This document shows positions 36,301-48,982 of a DNA stretch of 64,000 nucleotides, piece by piece; positions within the stretch are counted from its first letter, which is position 1, and each line of letters starts with the position of its first letter. The notes beneath the pieces are model-generated. The model was not told the origin of the DNA, searched no databases, and saw only the letters and a list, made by a program, of their open reading frames with translations. A program made the translations under genes and the position numbers. The DNA lies in contig NC_135667.1 of the NCBI RefSeq assembly GCF_964188315.1, positions 11,904,001 through 11,968,000 of the forward strand, written 5' to 3'. This DNA comes from Podarcis muralis. Taxonomy: Eukaryota.

Positions 36301-37433
36301 CTGGGGATCATAAGGAAATTAAAAGGAAAACATGGTTTTGATATTTTGAGGTGTTTCACTGTTATCTGCCTTCATCTAAGACAATGCCAACAGCTTGCTT
36401 GTATTGTAGTATTATCAGGGAATCCTGTTCCTGTTCTTCTGAATATATTTTCAACTTCTTTCCCACTGGAGAGATCCATAGCTGCCTGTGTTTCAGGCAG
36501 GAATCATTCCCTGACCTATGTGGAGATGTTAGGGATTGAACCTGGGACCTTTGCATGCAACACATATGTTCACCTTCTGCTATGAACACCCTTACTGAGT
36601 GCTCAGATACTGTCTGACAGCTCAGATAAAAAGAGAGAAAAGAGCATTCAAGGTCACAGAGTGGGAAACCAAAGATGAAATTTGAGGATACTATAAATCC
36701 TGGAGGTACTGATATGTACACAGGAACATAGATTGCTGCCGTATACTAAGCTAGAGCAGTGCTCCATTGAGATCAGTATTGTCAAAAGTGAATGGCAGCA
36801 GCTCTCCAGGTTTTAGACTGGGATTTTCCACCGGCTGTACCTAGAGATTCCATGGATGGAACCTGGAAACTTCACCATCCAAAGCAGATGCCCTACCATG
36901 GAGCCACAACCCTTCCTCAAATTGTTGTATAGAAATTGTTGGAACAAGGAAACTGCAAGTGTGTTTTCCTTCAAAAACATGAACACCATTCTCTCTCATG
37001 GACAAACGTGAGGGGCATATTTTCTATATAAACCATGGTTTCTATCATTTATTTATATAATCTACCCTTTGTTACCAGTTATATGCACAGTGATTGTATA
37101 TAACCTCCAGGTATATAATTTAGAGACAAATATATGATTTTCTTACACAGGTTCAACATCATACTTTGGTGTGGGGTGTGTGTTGAAGTCTGCGCCCTCA
37201 GCAAAGGAGAAGAGCTGGGAAGTGATCCCACCGATGATGAGGTCCCCTGGCTGAAAATATTGATATCGCACCTGGAGGGGGTCATTCATGGTGCACACAA
37301 CAGGAGCCAACTTGCAATCAGTTTGAGGCAATAGCAACAAAACCATGAGTCGCAAGGACTGAAAGTACCCTGTCATCCAGAAGGCAAAACTGCTGTCCCT
37401 TGATAAAGAATTCACTGTCCCTATCTTGATCAT
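30357..37433 (-). CDS. Vmn2r: V2R gene D, apparently intact 6-exon receptor (about 895 aa)
   Basis: Exons: 37147-37433, 35861-36152 (292), 33684-34535 (852), 32693-32920 (228), 31712-31838 (127; weak donor GTTGTA), 30357-31258 (902). Open frame throughout, total 2688 nt. Confidence 0.91.
33016..33290 (-). mobile_element. 5'-truncated Sauria SINE (divergent subfamily)
   Basis: aaaggtaaaggacccctgg tail in reverse; tttccgggtcatgtggcc..ttaccttcc..cctatttatttact..gcttttgaactgctagg body. Confidence 0.8.
35575..35735 (-). mobile_element. tRNA-derived squamate SINE remnant
   Basis: gggattgaacctgg (B-box in reverse)..gcaaagcag..cactgaactatggcccttcc; similar remnants near 25160-25200, 36500-36590, 36770-36915 and 43725-43925. 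Confidence 0.6.
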
Positions 37434-37959
37434 TATCTTCTAGTGACTATCTGTTTACCACATCCTGGTATCAATGGCTTTACAATCTGATGCTCAACTG
37501 ATCTGTTGGCTTCTGTCTTGATATATAGGGGAAAGTAGTCTGCACAAAGGGTAACACAGCACTGTGTGTACCTCAGCCTTTGTCTGTCCAGTTCAGGGGC
37601 TATTATAATAGGATTTTAAAAAGAAAACCTCCAATGTCATTTGGACTGTGGCTGCAGTGAGCGAATAATTATGGCATTGGATAATTATGCAGAGTGAGAA
37701 ATCATACTCCCCAAAGTATTGTGTTCAGTAAGGCATCAGGTGTAGCAGAACTGTGAAGTAAACATGGGCATGATCCAGCCAAATTTAAGCACACATAGAC
37801 TGCTATTCTATTTTCACTTACCCAAAAGAAAGCACAATTGAACTCAGTGGGACTTACTGCTGAATAGTTGTGTATATGATCACAACCATTAAATTAATCC
37901 ATAATGATATGAGAGCTATGCCATTTTTATTTTTAAAGTTTTTATTATGGGTGTAAAAT

Positions 37960-38763
37960 AAACAATTTTGGGTTTATTTCTAAGATTCGGGCCTAGTTTT
38001 AGAATTAGAAGACATGCAGTTCAGGTAGGTTGGGATAAACAGCAGCCACACACTACCAACATGCTGAATGTGATAAATTTGGCTTCATTGAAACTGTCAG
38101 GTAACTTTCTGGCCAGGAAGGCCACAGTGAAGCTATCAATGACCAGGAAACACATGAAGCCCAAGACGCAGTAGAACATGGTGACTGACCCTTCATTACA
38201 TTCCACTATGACTTCTTCAGCCATGGAATGTGTATCAAAATCTAGGAATGGGGGAGAGGTTGCCATCTGTATGGTACAAATAGCGGCTTGAATAAGAAAA
38301 CAGGAAAGAACTATAGAGGTTGCCAGTCGTTTCCCCACCTAGCTCCTTATCCTGGGTCCGGGCTTGGTAGCCATGAAAGCCAGAACTACAATTGTGGTTT
38401 TGGCCAACATAGATGAAACAGCCACTGAGAAGACGATGCCAAATGCAGTCTGTCAAAAGAGACAGATCACTTTGTGAGGGTGGCCAATGAATAGCAAAGC
38501 ACACAGAAATGAGAGCAGGAGTGATATGAGGAGGGTGTAAGTGAGTGTCCGGTTGTTGGCTTTGACTATGGGTGTGTCCTTGTGTTTAATGAAGATCTAG
38601 AGCACTAATGCTGTGACCAAAGAACAAGAAAGAGCAACAATAGCCAAAATGGTCCCAATGCTTCTTTATAGGACAAGAAGGTTACATATTTTGGAATGCA
38701 GAAATTCTTAAGCTTGTTTGGGAAATGATCAGCTGGACAGTGAATGCAAGTTGTCTGAATTGT
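37960..38763 (-). pseudogene. V2R pseudogene E: orphan, decayed 7TM exon (exon 6) of clade-2 type
   Basis: Acceptor at 38764-38765, then 7TM motifs ([63 protein letters not shown]). In-frame stops at 38597-38599, 38453-38455 and 38339-38341, frameshifts, and loss of the KGKY..PKC segment. No exons 1-5 visible upstream. Confidence 0.87.
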
Positions 38764-39136
38764 CTGGATTTTGTGATGCAACACTCCAACTGTGCTCCAT
38801 CTTGGTGTGACTTCTCTATATATCCCTATTCAGGTTTTGGTCTGAGCATGTGAAGGTTTGAAACTGAGGTTCAGCGGGTGCATGCCACTCTACCTCAAAT
38901 ATCCTTGAGCACACAGACAGCCTTCAGACCCTTGGGCATTGAGACAGAAGGTCGTAATAGAAATTTAAGTATGTTTGGTGGACTTCATTGAAAACCACTC
39001 CACAGTCAAAAACTCCTATAAGGCAGGGTCCTTCAGTACAGAGAGTTTCTTGGTGTATTCAAATGAAAATACTGTATTTTAAAACTTTGTTAGAAGCTGC
39101 CCAGAGTGGCTGGGGAAACCCAGCCAGATGGGAAGG

Positions 39137-39268
39137 NNNNNNNNNNNNNNNNNNNNNNNNNNNNNNNNNNNNNNNNNNNNNNNNNNNNNNNNNNNNNNNN
39201 NNNNNNNNNNNNNNNNNNNNNNNNNNNNNNNNNNNNNNNNNNNNNNNNNNNNNNNNNNNNNNNNNNNN
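39137..39268. other. Assembly gap (N run)
   Basis: 132 N, preceded by an L2-type 3' UTR (agagtggctggggaaacccagccagatggg). Confidence 0.99.
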
Positions 39269-39761
39269 AGACCTTCATGATAAATGTGAGAAGGCCGGAA
39301 GAGGTGTGACTTGAATGGTTTCCCCACACTCTTCACATTCAAAGTTAAGGGGTTGAAAACATAAGGACAAAGGGCTGAATGTGGCAATGTGACCTCTATC
39401 AGGTCCTCAGGACCTAAGGCCACAGTCCTCAGGTGCCCCTGTTTGTCACCTTCCTTGAGTATTTTTGAAGCGATGGAATTTGTCCTTTATTTTTAAAAGT
39501 GCTTCTTGCTTGCCTGCATGCAGAAAATAGAGAAATGTGTGCGTGAGCGTGTGTAGAAAACTAGTCTGTTGTTAAAAAAGGGGGGGGGGTTACTTATAGC
39601 TCTGCCCACTTTCTCCTCTGGTCTTATATCAGCCCTGGAAGGTTGCCAGATCTGCTGAGAGTTCTGAAAAGAACTCCAATGCATTCACATACACCTGGAT
39701 CACAAGCTATTGAGAAATACACAGCCATTCCATTTTACATTCATTACTTCAACCAGTTCTA

Positions 39762-40118
39762 AAGGTAAAGGTACCCCTGCCCGTACGGGCCAGTCTTGAC
39801 AGACTCTAGGGTTGTGCGCCCATCTCACTCAAGAGGCCAGGGGCCAGCGCTGTCCGGAGACACTTCCGGGTCACGTGGCCAGCGTGACAAAGCTGCATCT
39901 GGCGAGCCAGCGCAGCACACGGAACGCCGTTTACCTTCCCGCTGGTAAGCGGTCCCTATTTATCTACTTGCACCCGGGGGTGCTTTCGAACTGCTAGGTT
40001 GGCAGGCGCTGGGACCGAGCAGCGGGAGCGCACCCCGCCGCGGGGATTCGAACCACCGACCTTTCGATCGGCAAGCCCAAGGCGCTGAGGCTTTTACCCA
40101 CAGCGCCACCCGCGTCCC
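39762..40118 (-). mobile_element. Full-length young Sauria SINE with 13-bp TSD
   Basis: TSD TCAACCAGTTCTA at 39749-39761 and 40120-40132; CpG-rich; very similar to the copy at 53722-54071. Confidence 0.93.
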
Positions 40119-40414
40119 CTCAACCAGTTCTAGTATCCTCTTGAAGGTTACCCAAAAGGCACTGTGGCCCTTAAAATGAAAAGGGGACCCTACAGAAGAT
40201 GGCACAATATGCTGTTTGAAGGGGATACCCTACCATTTAAACTTCATAACTGAAATCCCTGTCTTTCTCTCCCCCGCCCAAAGTTATCCCTCAAATTTCT
40301 GAATACGGGGATCTGCTTCATGGTGTAGCTACCCCTACAGTATGAGAAATCTTATAAAAGCTAAAATAACATACAGTAGCTTTCAATCACAGAAGACAAC
40401 AGGTTGTTGTTTTT

Positions 40415-43400
40415 TTAACATATTCCTTTTATTAGATGTGTCTTTTTGTTCAAATCAGGCCTCAGCAAAATAATGTAGCATTTGGGGAAAAAGACACAAC
40501 CCAGTAATCCTGCACTGGAAGCCAAGATGGAGAAGATCTCAACAGCCACCATGTATTTGCCTTTGGTGCTCAGGTGGGTAGGGAAGAAGGATAACCAAAC
40601 ACTGCAAAACAATAACATGCTGAAGGTGATTGACTTAGTTTCCTGGAAAGTGTCTGGTAACTTCCTGGCTAGGAAAGCCACAGTGAAACTGACAGTAGCC
40701 AAGAAACCCATGAAGCCCAATACACAATAAAACATTACATCTGACCCTTCATTACATTGTACAATGGTCTCACTGATAGCTGAATGCATGTCCAGTTCTG
40801 GGAACGGTGGAGAGGTTGCCAGCCAACCAGTGCAAAGAGTGACTTGAATAAGGAAGCACAAAATAACAATAGAGGCAGCCACTTTCCACCCCATCCATTT
40901 CCTCATTTTGGATCCTGGCTTGGTGGCCATGAAAGCTAGAATCACGGTGATAGTTTTGGCCAACATGCAAGAAACAGCCACTGAGAAGATGATACCAAAA
41001 ACGGTTTGTCGGAGGAGGCACGTCACTGCATTGGGTCGACCAATGAATAAAAAAGCACAAAGGAAAGAAAGCAGGAGGGAGATGAGGAGAGTGTAGGAAA
41101 GGCTCTGGTTATTAGCTTTGACAATGGGCGTCTTGTGGTGTTTCATAAAGGTTCCCAGCACCAGAGCTGTAATGAAAGAAAGGGAGAGAGCAGCAATGGC
41201 CAAACCTATTCCCAAGGAATCTTCATAAGACAAGAAGGTTATAGCTTTGTGGAGGCAGAAATCCCTGTTAATATTTGGATAATGGCCTTCTGGACACTGA
41301 AAGCAGCTATCCATATCTGGAAGAAATTAATGTGAAATTCCTGAATATATATGTACTTATGTGTACACTCACCCACACCCACAATTCCTGTACAGTGGTA
41401 CCTCAGGTTACATACGCTTCAGGTTACATACACTTCAGGTTACAGACTCCGCTAACCCAGAAATAGTGCTTCAGGTTAAGAACTTTGCTTCAGGATGAGA
41501 ACAGAAATCGTGCTCCAGCGGCGCGGCGGCAACAGGAAGCCCCATTAGCTAAAGTGGTGCTTCAGGTTAAGAACAGTTTCAGGTTAAGAACGGACATCTG
41601 GAACGAATTAAGTACTTAACCCGAGGTACCACTGTATATAGCATCTGAGTAAATAAAGGCTAAGTTGTACATAGCATGGAACTGCTGGTGCTGAGCAAAA
41701 AATGTCCACACACCTTGAAGTATAAACGATGGATATAATAGCATTTCTTACCCTTCTGGTTTGCAATCTTCCCCTCTGGACAGGGATGACAATCATAACA
41801 GCAAAATGGTTCCCCTTCCTTCTTTGTCTTGTGACAACCGGGAAGGCAATTGTCATTACACACTGAAAGAGGGTGTGTCTGCCAATAAATTAAGATGACG
41901 TTTATCAAAGGCAAAATATATGAAACTGAGGATACTGATTTTTTTAAATTAATTTCAGAACATGAAAAATGAACCATTTTTTCCAATCTTTTGACTTATC
42001 TTTAATTGGTTATGTTTTTTCTTACTCAGCATTATAACATTATGCTTTACAGCAACCTTCACCAACCCGGTGGCCTCCAGATACTTTAGATGTCAATTCT
42101 CATTGTTTCATCTGCACCATCATGAGAAGGTATCAATTGGTGAAGGCTGCTGTACAATTTTGTTTTCAGATTTGTCCTTTGACATTGGTGGTTTCTAAAT
42201 ATGTACCTGTTTCCATGGTGTTTCTGGAAAAAAACAGGTGCCTTAGATACCAAATTGAATCTGTAGATGGAAATTAGGGATGATTTGCTTAATTATTTAT
42301 TTAATCAATATTTCCCCCTTCCTTCCAAACGAGCCCATGTGATAGAAAGCAGGAAGCACTATACACAAAACAGACCTATTTTCGTATCTGAAGACTGAAA
42401 CATTTTTTGAATATTGCACAGGCATTTAATTATGTGTTTAAGTACACATGTCCTACCTGATTGAACCTGCTGGGCCATATGATGGCATCTTCAGAAATGG
42501 TGAACAGATTCTCTGAGTGTGCCTGAGGATCTATCCTCCCAACCTTTGCTCTAAGGAAGGACTGGTTTGTGAATGTCACCCAGTTGATAATATCAAATCC
42601 AGCTACTAATTCCCCATTAAGGTCAAATGAAACCTCATCTCCAGCACTGTTGTTAAATGGGGTGCTTCTCAGAAAGTGGGGGATCTGCAAAGAAAAGTAA
42701 GAGATGCAAACATACATATTTAGATGCAAATTGTTGTCATTTGAGATATGTTTGCATGTCCCTGTTCCGAGGAGGGAAATATCATGCAAGTTGAAATCTC
42801 AGGTTATTGGATCACACTGAATAGGATTACCTGCCATGACTTCTTATTCTGGTCCTTCCATCTGTCTCCATTCAACACTGCCCTGCACTTTGATATGGAA
42901 GAATACATGGCATGCAAAGCATGTGCCACAGCATAGATGGCATTGTAGATGCTGTAGCTGTGGGCAGTCATGCTCATTTCAAAAACAGATCCAGGAAGAG
43001 ACTCCAGTTTCTCTTCCCCAGTGCAGATATTTCCATCCCTCTTGTCTTCATCAGAGCTAGGGAGCGAGCAATCAAATACCTTTTGCCAGAAGTCCCACAG
43101 GAAACCATCCTCTTTTTCCAGTGTTGGATTCCTCATTTGCAGAAATTCTTGGAATCCTGCCACCTCCTTTGAGGAGACTGCAAGGGTTACAGATCCATGG
43201 ATGAAATGAATGTCCCAGCTTCTTTGAACGGGAATTGATGTGAAATCCACATCTGCTGTCATAATCCAGACCTTCATCTTCACTGGTACATCCCCAAATT
43301 GTGAGAACCTGAGCAGGATTCTTAAGTTTAACATTGCCTGAAAGTCACCATGGAAGATCACGGTATTGACTGTGCTTTCCATGGTAATATTTATAATCTC

Positions 43401-46391
43401 ACATGCCCTCTCTGCCATTTCATGGAGTTGATTAGAAAATCCTATATCTGGTATGGTTTTGATGAAATCAAAGCAAATACCATTATCGGCAAATGTGGAA
43501 AGCACCTTCTGTACAAATATCTTAGAACTGTCCACATCAAGATAAAGCACCCCAATCCATGTCCACCTGAAATGCAACAATAACTGGAGGATCCCCCTGT
43601 ATTGATGGGCCCCATTTGGGAACATCCAGTGGAAGAAAGCATGTTCAGCATTGTTATTTGTCTCTGAAGCAGAGGCATATATCAGCTAAAGAAATAAAAA
43701 AGGGAGCAGGTAGGAAGTGGTGTTATTTAGGAACATAGGAAGCTGCCTTCTGTTGAGCCATACCATTGGTCCATTTCACTTAGCTTTATCTACAATGAGT
43801 GGCAGCAGATGTGTAGGGCTATGGACAAAGGTCTCTCACTGCCCTACAGGGAGAAGCTGGGGGACTGAACCTGGGATCTTCCACATGCAAGAAAGATGCT
43901 CTGTGACTGAGCCACAGCCCTTCTGTGTATGTGTATTATCAAAATCTGGTACAGTGGTATCTCGTGTTAGAGACGCTTCAGGTTACAGACTCCGCAGAAA
44001 TAGTACCTCGGGTTAAGAACTTTGCTTCAGGATGAGAACAGAAATCATGCCGCGGCATGGCAGCAGCGGGAGGCCCCATTAGCTAAAGTGGTACCTCAGG
44101 TTAAGAACAGTTTCAGGTTACGAACGGACCTCCAGAACAAATAAAGTTCTTAACCCGAGGTACCACTGTCCTATCTTGAAAGCATCAGGTCAGTTCCCAA
44201 AGATTTATTTCTGTCTTCAGTATATATTCATAGAATCAAAGAACCCTAGAATTTTATAGTTGGAAGGGACAACGAGGAGCATCTAGCCCAACCCTCTGTA
44301 ATGCAGGAATATGTTGCCCAATGTGGGGCTTGAACCCACAACCCCGAGATTAAGAGTTTCCTGCTCTACTGACTGAAGTATTCCTCAGGAAGGTTTCATA
44401 AGCTATCATGAAGCATTGAGGCTGGTTGTATGAATAGAGAACTAAAATAGAGATACAGGAGGAAAGGCTAGAGACATGGCAGGTCGGAGTCAATAAGATT
44501 GAGTCAGGGCAGGAAAAAGGAACCAAGAGTTATCCTTGGGGATCAAAGTGGAGGAAGGAAGCCACAACTGGAGGGCAAGTCATAGTTCTGGAGAGGATAT
44601 CATGGCAGACTGAGTGTCTTTTGTCGGCAGCTCACCGACTGAGATGATTACATGTTGCTTGGTTATAGCCAAGTTGTAAATCTTAGCTATAAAAATCCAC
44701 TCTAGCAATAAGAGTATTGACCTTTGATGCTCCGAAAAACCCACAGCCTAGGTTGGGAGACTGATATGCTGCCGGACGGGTGTGGGTGACTTAAAAGGAG
44801 ACGAAGATTGTGCCCAGAGGCCATGTATGGGATCTATTTAATGGACAAATATAGTATGCAAACCTTCCTTTCTCTAATTATCTCAATCTATCCCTGAAAT
44901 GAATGTAACTCATGACTGTGAGAGGTACAGGAACACAGTGAAGCTGATCAATACTCTTTTTGCTCAAAGCACTAATGACCACAGACTGATTCACTAGACA
45001 GTCATGGTGGACAGATTCATTCCATAGACTGAGAGAAGTCACTGACAAAGTAGATCCTGTAAACTGCAGTCCTGTGACTTATTAGGTGGGGCAACTGCAT
45101 GCAGATCCAAAGGATATCAGTCTGGCTCCCAGGAGTTTCTGTCAGGTAGAATTTATTTCTCTCTTCTGCCATCCTCACTCCAAGCCTGTTGTTCTGACAT
45201 TTCATTTGTAAATAAGTAACTAGAGTTGTATGCAGTTATGTTTTACTCAGGGCAGTTCCATAGAAATAAATAAATCTACATTAGTGACTTTCATTAATTA
45301 TGATGAATCTACTCTGTGTAAACTTGAATTGCATTCATCCTTTGCATTTTGTGGAATCACAATCTATCATATTGTTCTATTATGTTACTGTTGGAAGTTT
45401 TTAGAATCCAGCCAACTAGGCTATTTACCATGTGTTCTGAGGTGATTTCACATTTTGTATCAGAGGCTATACATATGAGAAAGAAATCAAATTGCCAAAT
45501 TGAGATTCCTCACTCAGAATTTGATGTTTAAGCAGCATGCAAAGTGTCTTTCTTAATTTCAATCACACCTTCACCTTAAAATAATCCCCATGTACATGCC
45601 TTACTTGTGGAAACTTGTAGATGCCCAGTATGGTTGCAATATGTCCAATGATGTTGGAATTGGGTCCCCCAATGACAGTTACCAGATTGTTCTCGACATC
45701 ACATTTGTAGTTAGGGATGAATTTGTCATGTGTGGAGAGAACTTTTAATGCTGCCTGACTTGTGAATTGTGGATTAAAGTAATGATTATAGATGTCAAAG
45801 CCAAGAGTGATGTTGGGTAAGATTTGGGGGTTCTCGTTGATCTCCTTCACTGCAAATGCCAAGGCCAAAACATGCTGGTAGTTCTGTGACAGTAGCCTGA
45901 AACGAGGATCACATGAAATGCAAGAGTGCGGCAATTTCAGGAAAAAAAATAGTAGCTGCATTTCTATTCAACATACGTTTGCTAAGCATAATTGCATTAA
46001 GAAAGATTGTAGGCCTCAGCTCAATGGAAATAACACTGGCCCAGAGCCACTAGTTTGGAAGCATATTGACCCATATGTTCAATACAATTACTACTCACTA
46101 ACTCACAGGAGTACTGGCATAGATATGGTTCTTACTTATTATATAGAAAACAGATGCAGCTGATTTTGGGTTGAGTGACAAACAGGGATGTGTTCACAAC
46201 TGACATGGCACTTTCTCTGAGAAGTGGGTGAGTTTCATTAATGAGCACACAGTGTTTGGCTGTGGATATTCTCGTTCTGCTCACACAAGATTGTGTGTCA
46301 ATATCAGGTAGATATATGCATCTATATGTGTGGGGTGCTAGGTGTACTGCCTGTTTCTTTGATAATGGTGCTACATCTACCTCAACTACTA

Positions 46392-46436
<45 letters not shown>

Positions 46437-47122
46437 AATGACATGTAGCATAAGCAGAGTTTGGAAACCTTATTGAACAAAGAAGGATGCATTGGTAGTA
46501 ACCTGCAAATTTACAAATGTCATATAATATTTGTTCCGCATTTCTGAGTAGGAGTTTATCTTCCATGTGATAGCAACTGTACTTTAGAATGTGCTGCCTT
46601 TTAATATTAGGCAGACATCTTCATTGCACTGTTTTATATGCTTACAAAACATATTCTTTCTGCTTATTCAGAGATAGCAAGGTCACAACAGCTCTTGCAT
46701 CTGGCCCTCACAATATTATTTAGTTATGCTGATTTTTATTATGTACAGTATTACAGAACTTTTCATTAAGTAGTTTAAAGCTCCAACGCATAAATGAATT
46801 TGTTTAAGTAAACCTCCACTCTACTGCAGTCAATGCCATACCACACTAGTCTAAAATATTACTTTGAAAAAGGCATGGGAAGGCTAACAGACTCAGTTCC
46901 TTACATGAAATCATCAATCAGCTCCTGATAGGGATGTCTTTCAAATGTGATTGGATCATAAAGGATGTAGATCTGAGAAATTATGCCAGCAATAGTGAGC
47001 TCCCCTGACTGAAAATACTTGTGAAGAATAGGAATAGGCTCACTCGTTGCGCATTTAACAGCAGGTATCCTGCTTACTGTTTGAGGGAGGAACAGTAATC
47101 CCAACAACACAAATGTCAGCAT
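40415..47122 (-). CDS. Vmn2r: V2R gene F, intact 6-exon receptor (about 873 aa)
   Basis: Exons: 46905-47122 (ATG of [14 protein letters not shown]; the ORF-track start at 47200 is GTG), 45605-45896 (292), 42831-43685 (855), 42457-42684 (228), 41752-41878 (127), 40415-41316 (902). Total 2622 nt. Confidence 0.92.
41393..41634. mobile_element. Tc1/mariner MITE
   Basis: TA-CAGTGGTACCTCAGGTTA ... TAACCCGAGGTACCACTG-TA. Confidence 0.9.
43952..44168. mobile_element. Tc1/mariner MITE (same family)
   Basis: CAGTGGTATCTCG ... TAACCCGAGGTACCACTG; internal sequence shared with the 41393 copy. Confidence 0.85.
44229..44375 (-). mobile_element. SINE with a tRNA-Lys(CUU)-derived head and CR1-type 3' tail
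   Basis: Reverse complement reads tcagtcagtagagcaggaaactcttaatctcggggttgtgggttcaagccccacattgggc (decayed tRNA-Lys), then cccttccaactataaaattctaggg..ttctatg (CR1 tail). Confidence 0.75.
44400..44830 (+). mobile_element. Possible LTR remnant
   Basis: TATAAAAA near 44688 followed by AATAAA near 44707; no convincing TG..CA termini or TSD found. Confidence 0.25.
46393..46435. repeat. (ATT)n microsatellite
   Basis: Direct read. Confidence 0.95.
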
Positions 47123-47361
47123 CTTGTACAATGGCAATCCTTCACCTGTTCCCCCATTGTCCTTCGAGTGCCCCTGAGCATAGTCCTCACTAATAACCAC
47201 AAAATCAGTGTTTTATGCTATGGTTTGAAGTTGGGGTAAAGTATCGGTTATCAGAATAATGGAGTCCTGACTTCACTAAGACCAGGTTCTGAATACACCA
47301 GGGTGTGTTAATGACATTCTTCTATCTTGCTTCATATTTTTTTACAGCTGGCAACCGTAAC

Positions 47362-47416
47362 TCCTTTGGGACATGAGGACGAAGTCAAATCAATAATGGT
47401 TAATTTGGAATAATCA
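47362..47416 (-). promoter_or_regulatory. Orthologous O/E-like plus homeodomain motif upstream of gene F
   Basis: TCCTTTGGGA at 47362-47371 (one mismatch to TCCCNNGGGA), TTAATT at 47400-47405; aligns by eye with the G and H upstream blocks at a similar distance from the ATG. Confidence 0.35.
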
Positions 47417-47985
47417 CAGGGGAGAGAACTGCATGCTTAGAGTTAGATACTGTATGGAACAAAGCAGAACAAAATATGTTTACTGTGTGTCCATAGAAAG
47501 TTTCACTGATTCACTGCAATGGAATAGTAAGAGACACAAAGGCTTGCAATGACTCATAAACAATGCCAGAAAACAAAGATGCAAGGTAAAATACCAGAAA
47601 AGATATGGGAGGTTGGAAATGCCCTCGTGTTGAAATGGCATAATGTTTTACCCAAGGTGTAGACTGACAGGGCTGTGCACAGGATTCAGCCACAGGCTGA
47701 AACAGAAACCAAATTCTGCCAGTTTGGTGGGATTCTTGCTTTGCCTGAGGCATTTGCAGACAGCTCCAAATCAACACAATCTGAATCACCATCATAAATA
47801 TAATATTGTCATTATCATTATGAAAATATGACAACTGACCATTTTCTTCTCTCCAATGAACACCTAAAATGTGCTGAGGAGATCTGCCACAGAATTACTA
47901 ATACTTATTACCACCCCTGCAGAAAGAGAAACTCAAACAATAATAATGGAAAGTAAGCTCAAGCACAGGCCAAAGCAAAAGATGG

Positions 47986-48947
47986 TCAAATCATTCTCTT
48001 TATTAGATGTGCCTTATTGTTCAAATCAGGCCTCAGCAAAATAATGTAGCATTTTGGGAAAAAGATACAACCCAGTAATCCTGCACTGGAAGCCAAGATG
48101 GAGAAGATCTCAACAGCCGCCATGTATTTACCTTTGGTGCTCAGGTGGGTAGGGAAGAAGGATAACCAAACACTGCAAAACAATAACATGCTGAAGGTGA
48201 TAAATTTGGCTTCATTAAAACTGTCTGGTAACTTCCTGGCTAGGAAAGCCACAGTGAAACTGACAGTAGCCAAGAAACCCATGAAGCCCAATACACAATA
48301 AAACATTACATCTGACCCTTCATTACATTGTACAATGGTCTCACTGATAGCTGAATGCATGTCCAGTTCTGGGAATGGTGGAGAGGTTGCCAGCCAACCA
48401 GTGCAAAGAGTGACTTGAATAAGGAAGCACGAAATAACAATAGAGGCAGCCACTTTCCACCCCATCCATTTCCTCATTTTGGATCCTGGCTTGGTGGCCA
48501 TGAAAGCTAGAATCACGGTGATAGTTTTGGCCAACATGCAAGAAACAGCCACTGAGAAGATGATACCAAAAACGGTTTGTCGAAGGAGGCACGTCACTGC
48601 ATTGGGTCGACCAATGAATAAAAAAGCACAAAGGAAAGAAAGCAGGAGGGAGACGAGGAGAGTGTAGGAAAGGCTCTGGTTATTGGCTTTGACAATGGGC
48701 GTGTTGTGGTGTTTCATAAAGGTTCCCAGCACCAGAGCTGTAATGAAAGAAAGGGAGAGAGCAGCAATGGCCAAACCTATTCCCAAAGAATCTTCATAAG
48801 ACAAGAAGGTTATAGCTTTGTGGAGGCAGAAATCCCTGTTAATATTTGGATAATGGCTCTCTGGACACTGAAAGCAGCTATCCATATCTGGAAGAAATAC
48901 ATATGAAATTCCAGATAGATAGATAGATAGATGATAGATAGATAGAT

Positions 48948-48982
<35 letters not shown>

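Noticed and set aside
44312-44375. tRNA-Lys gene
   Set aside because: Multiple substitutions in the stems, missing 5' end and fusion to a CR1 tail indicate a SINE head.
47123-47200. GTG-initiated N-terminal extension of gene F
   Set aside because: No ATG, and the equivalent region in G is open for only 5 codons; ATG 47122 gives a normal signal peptide.
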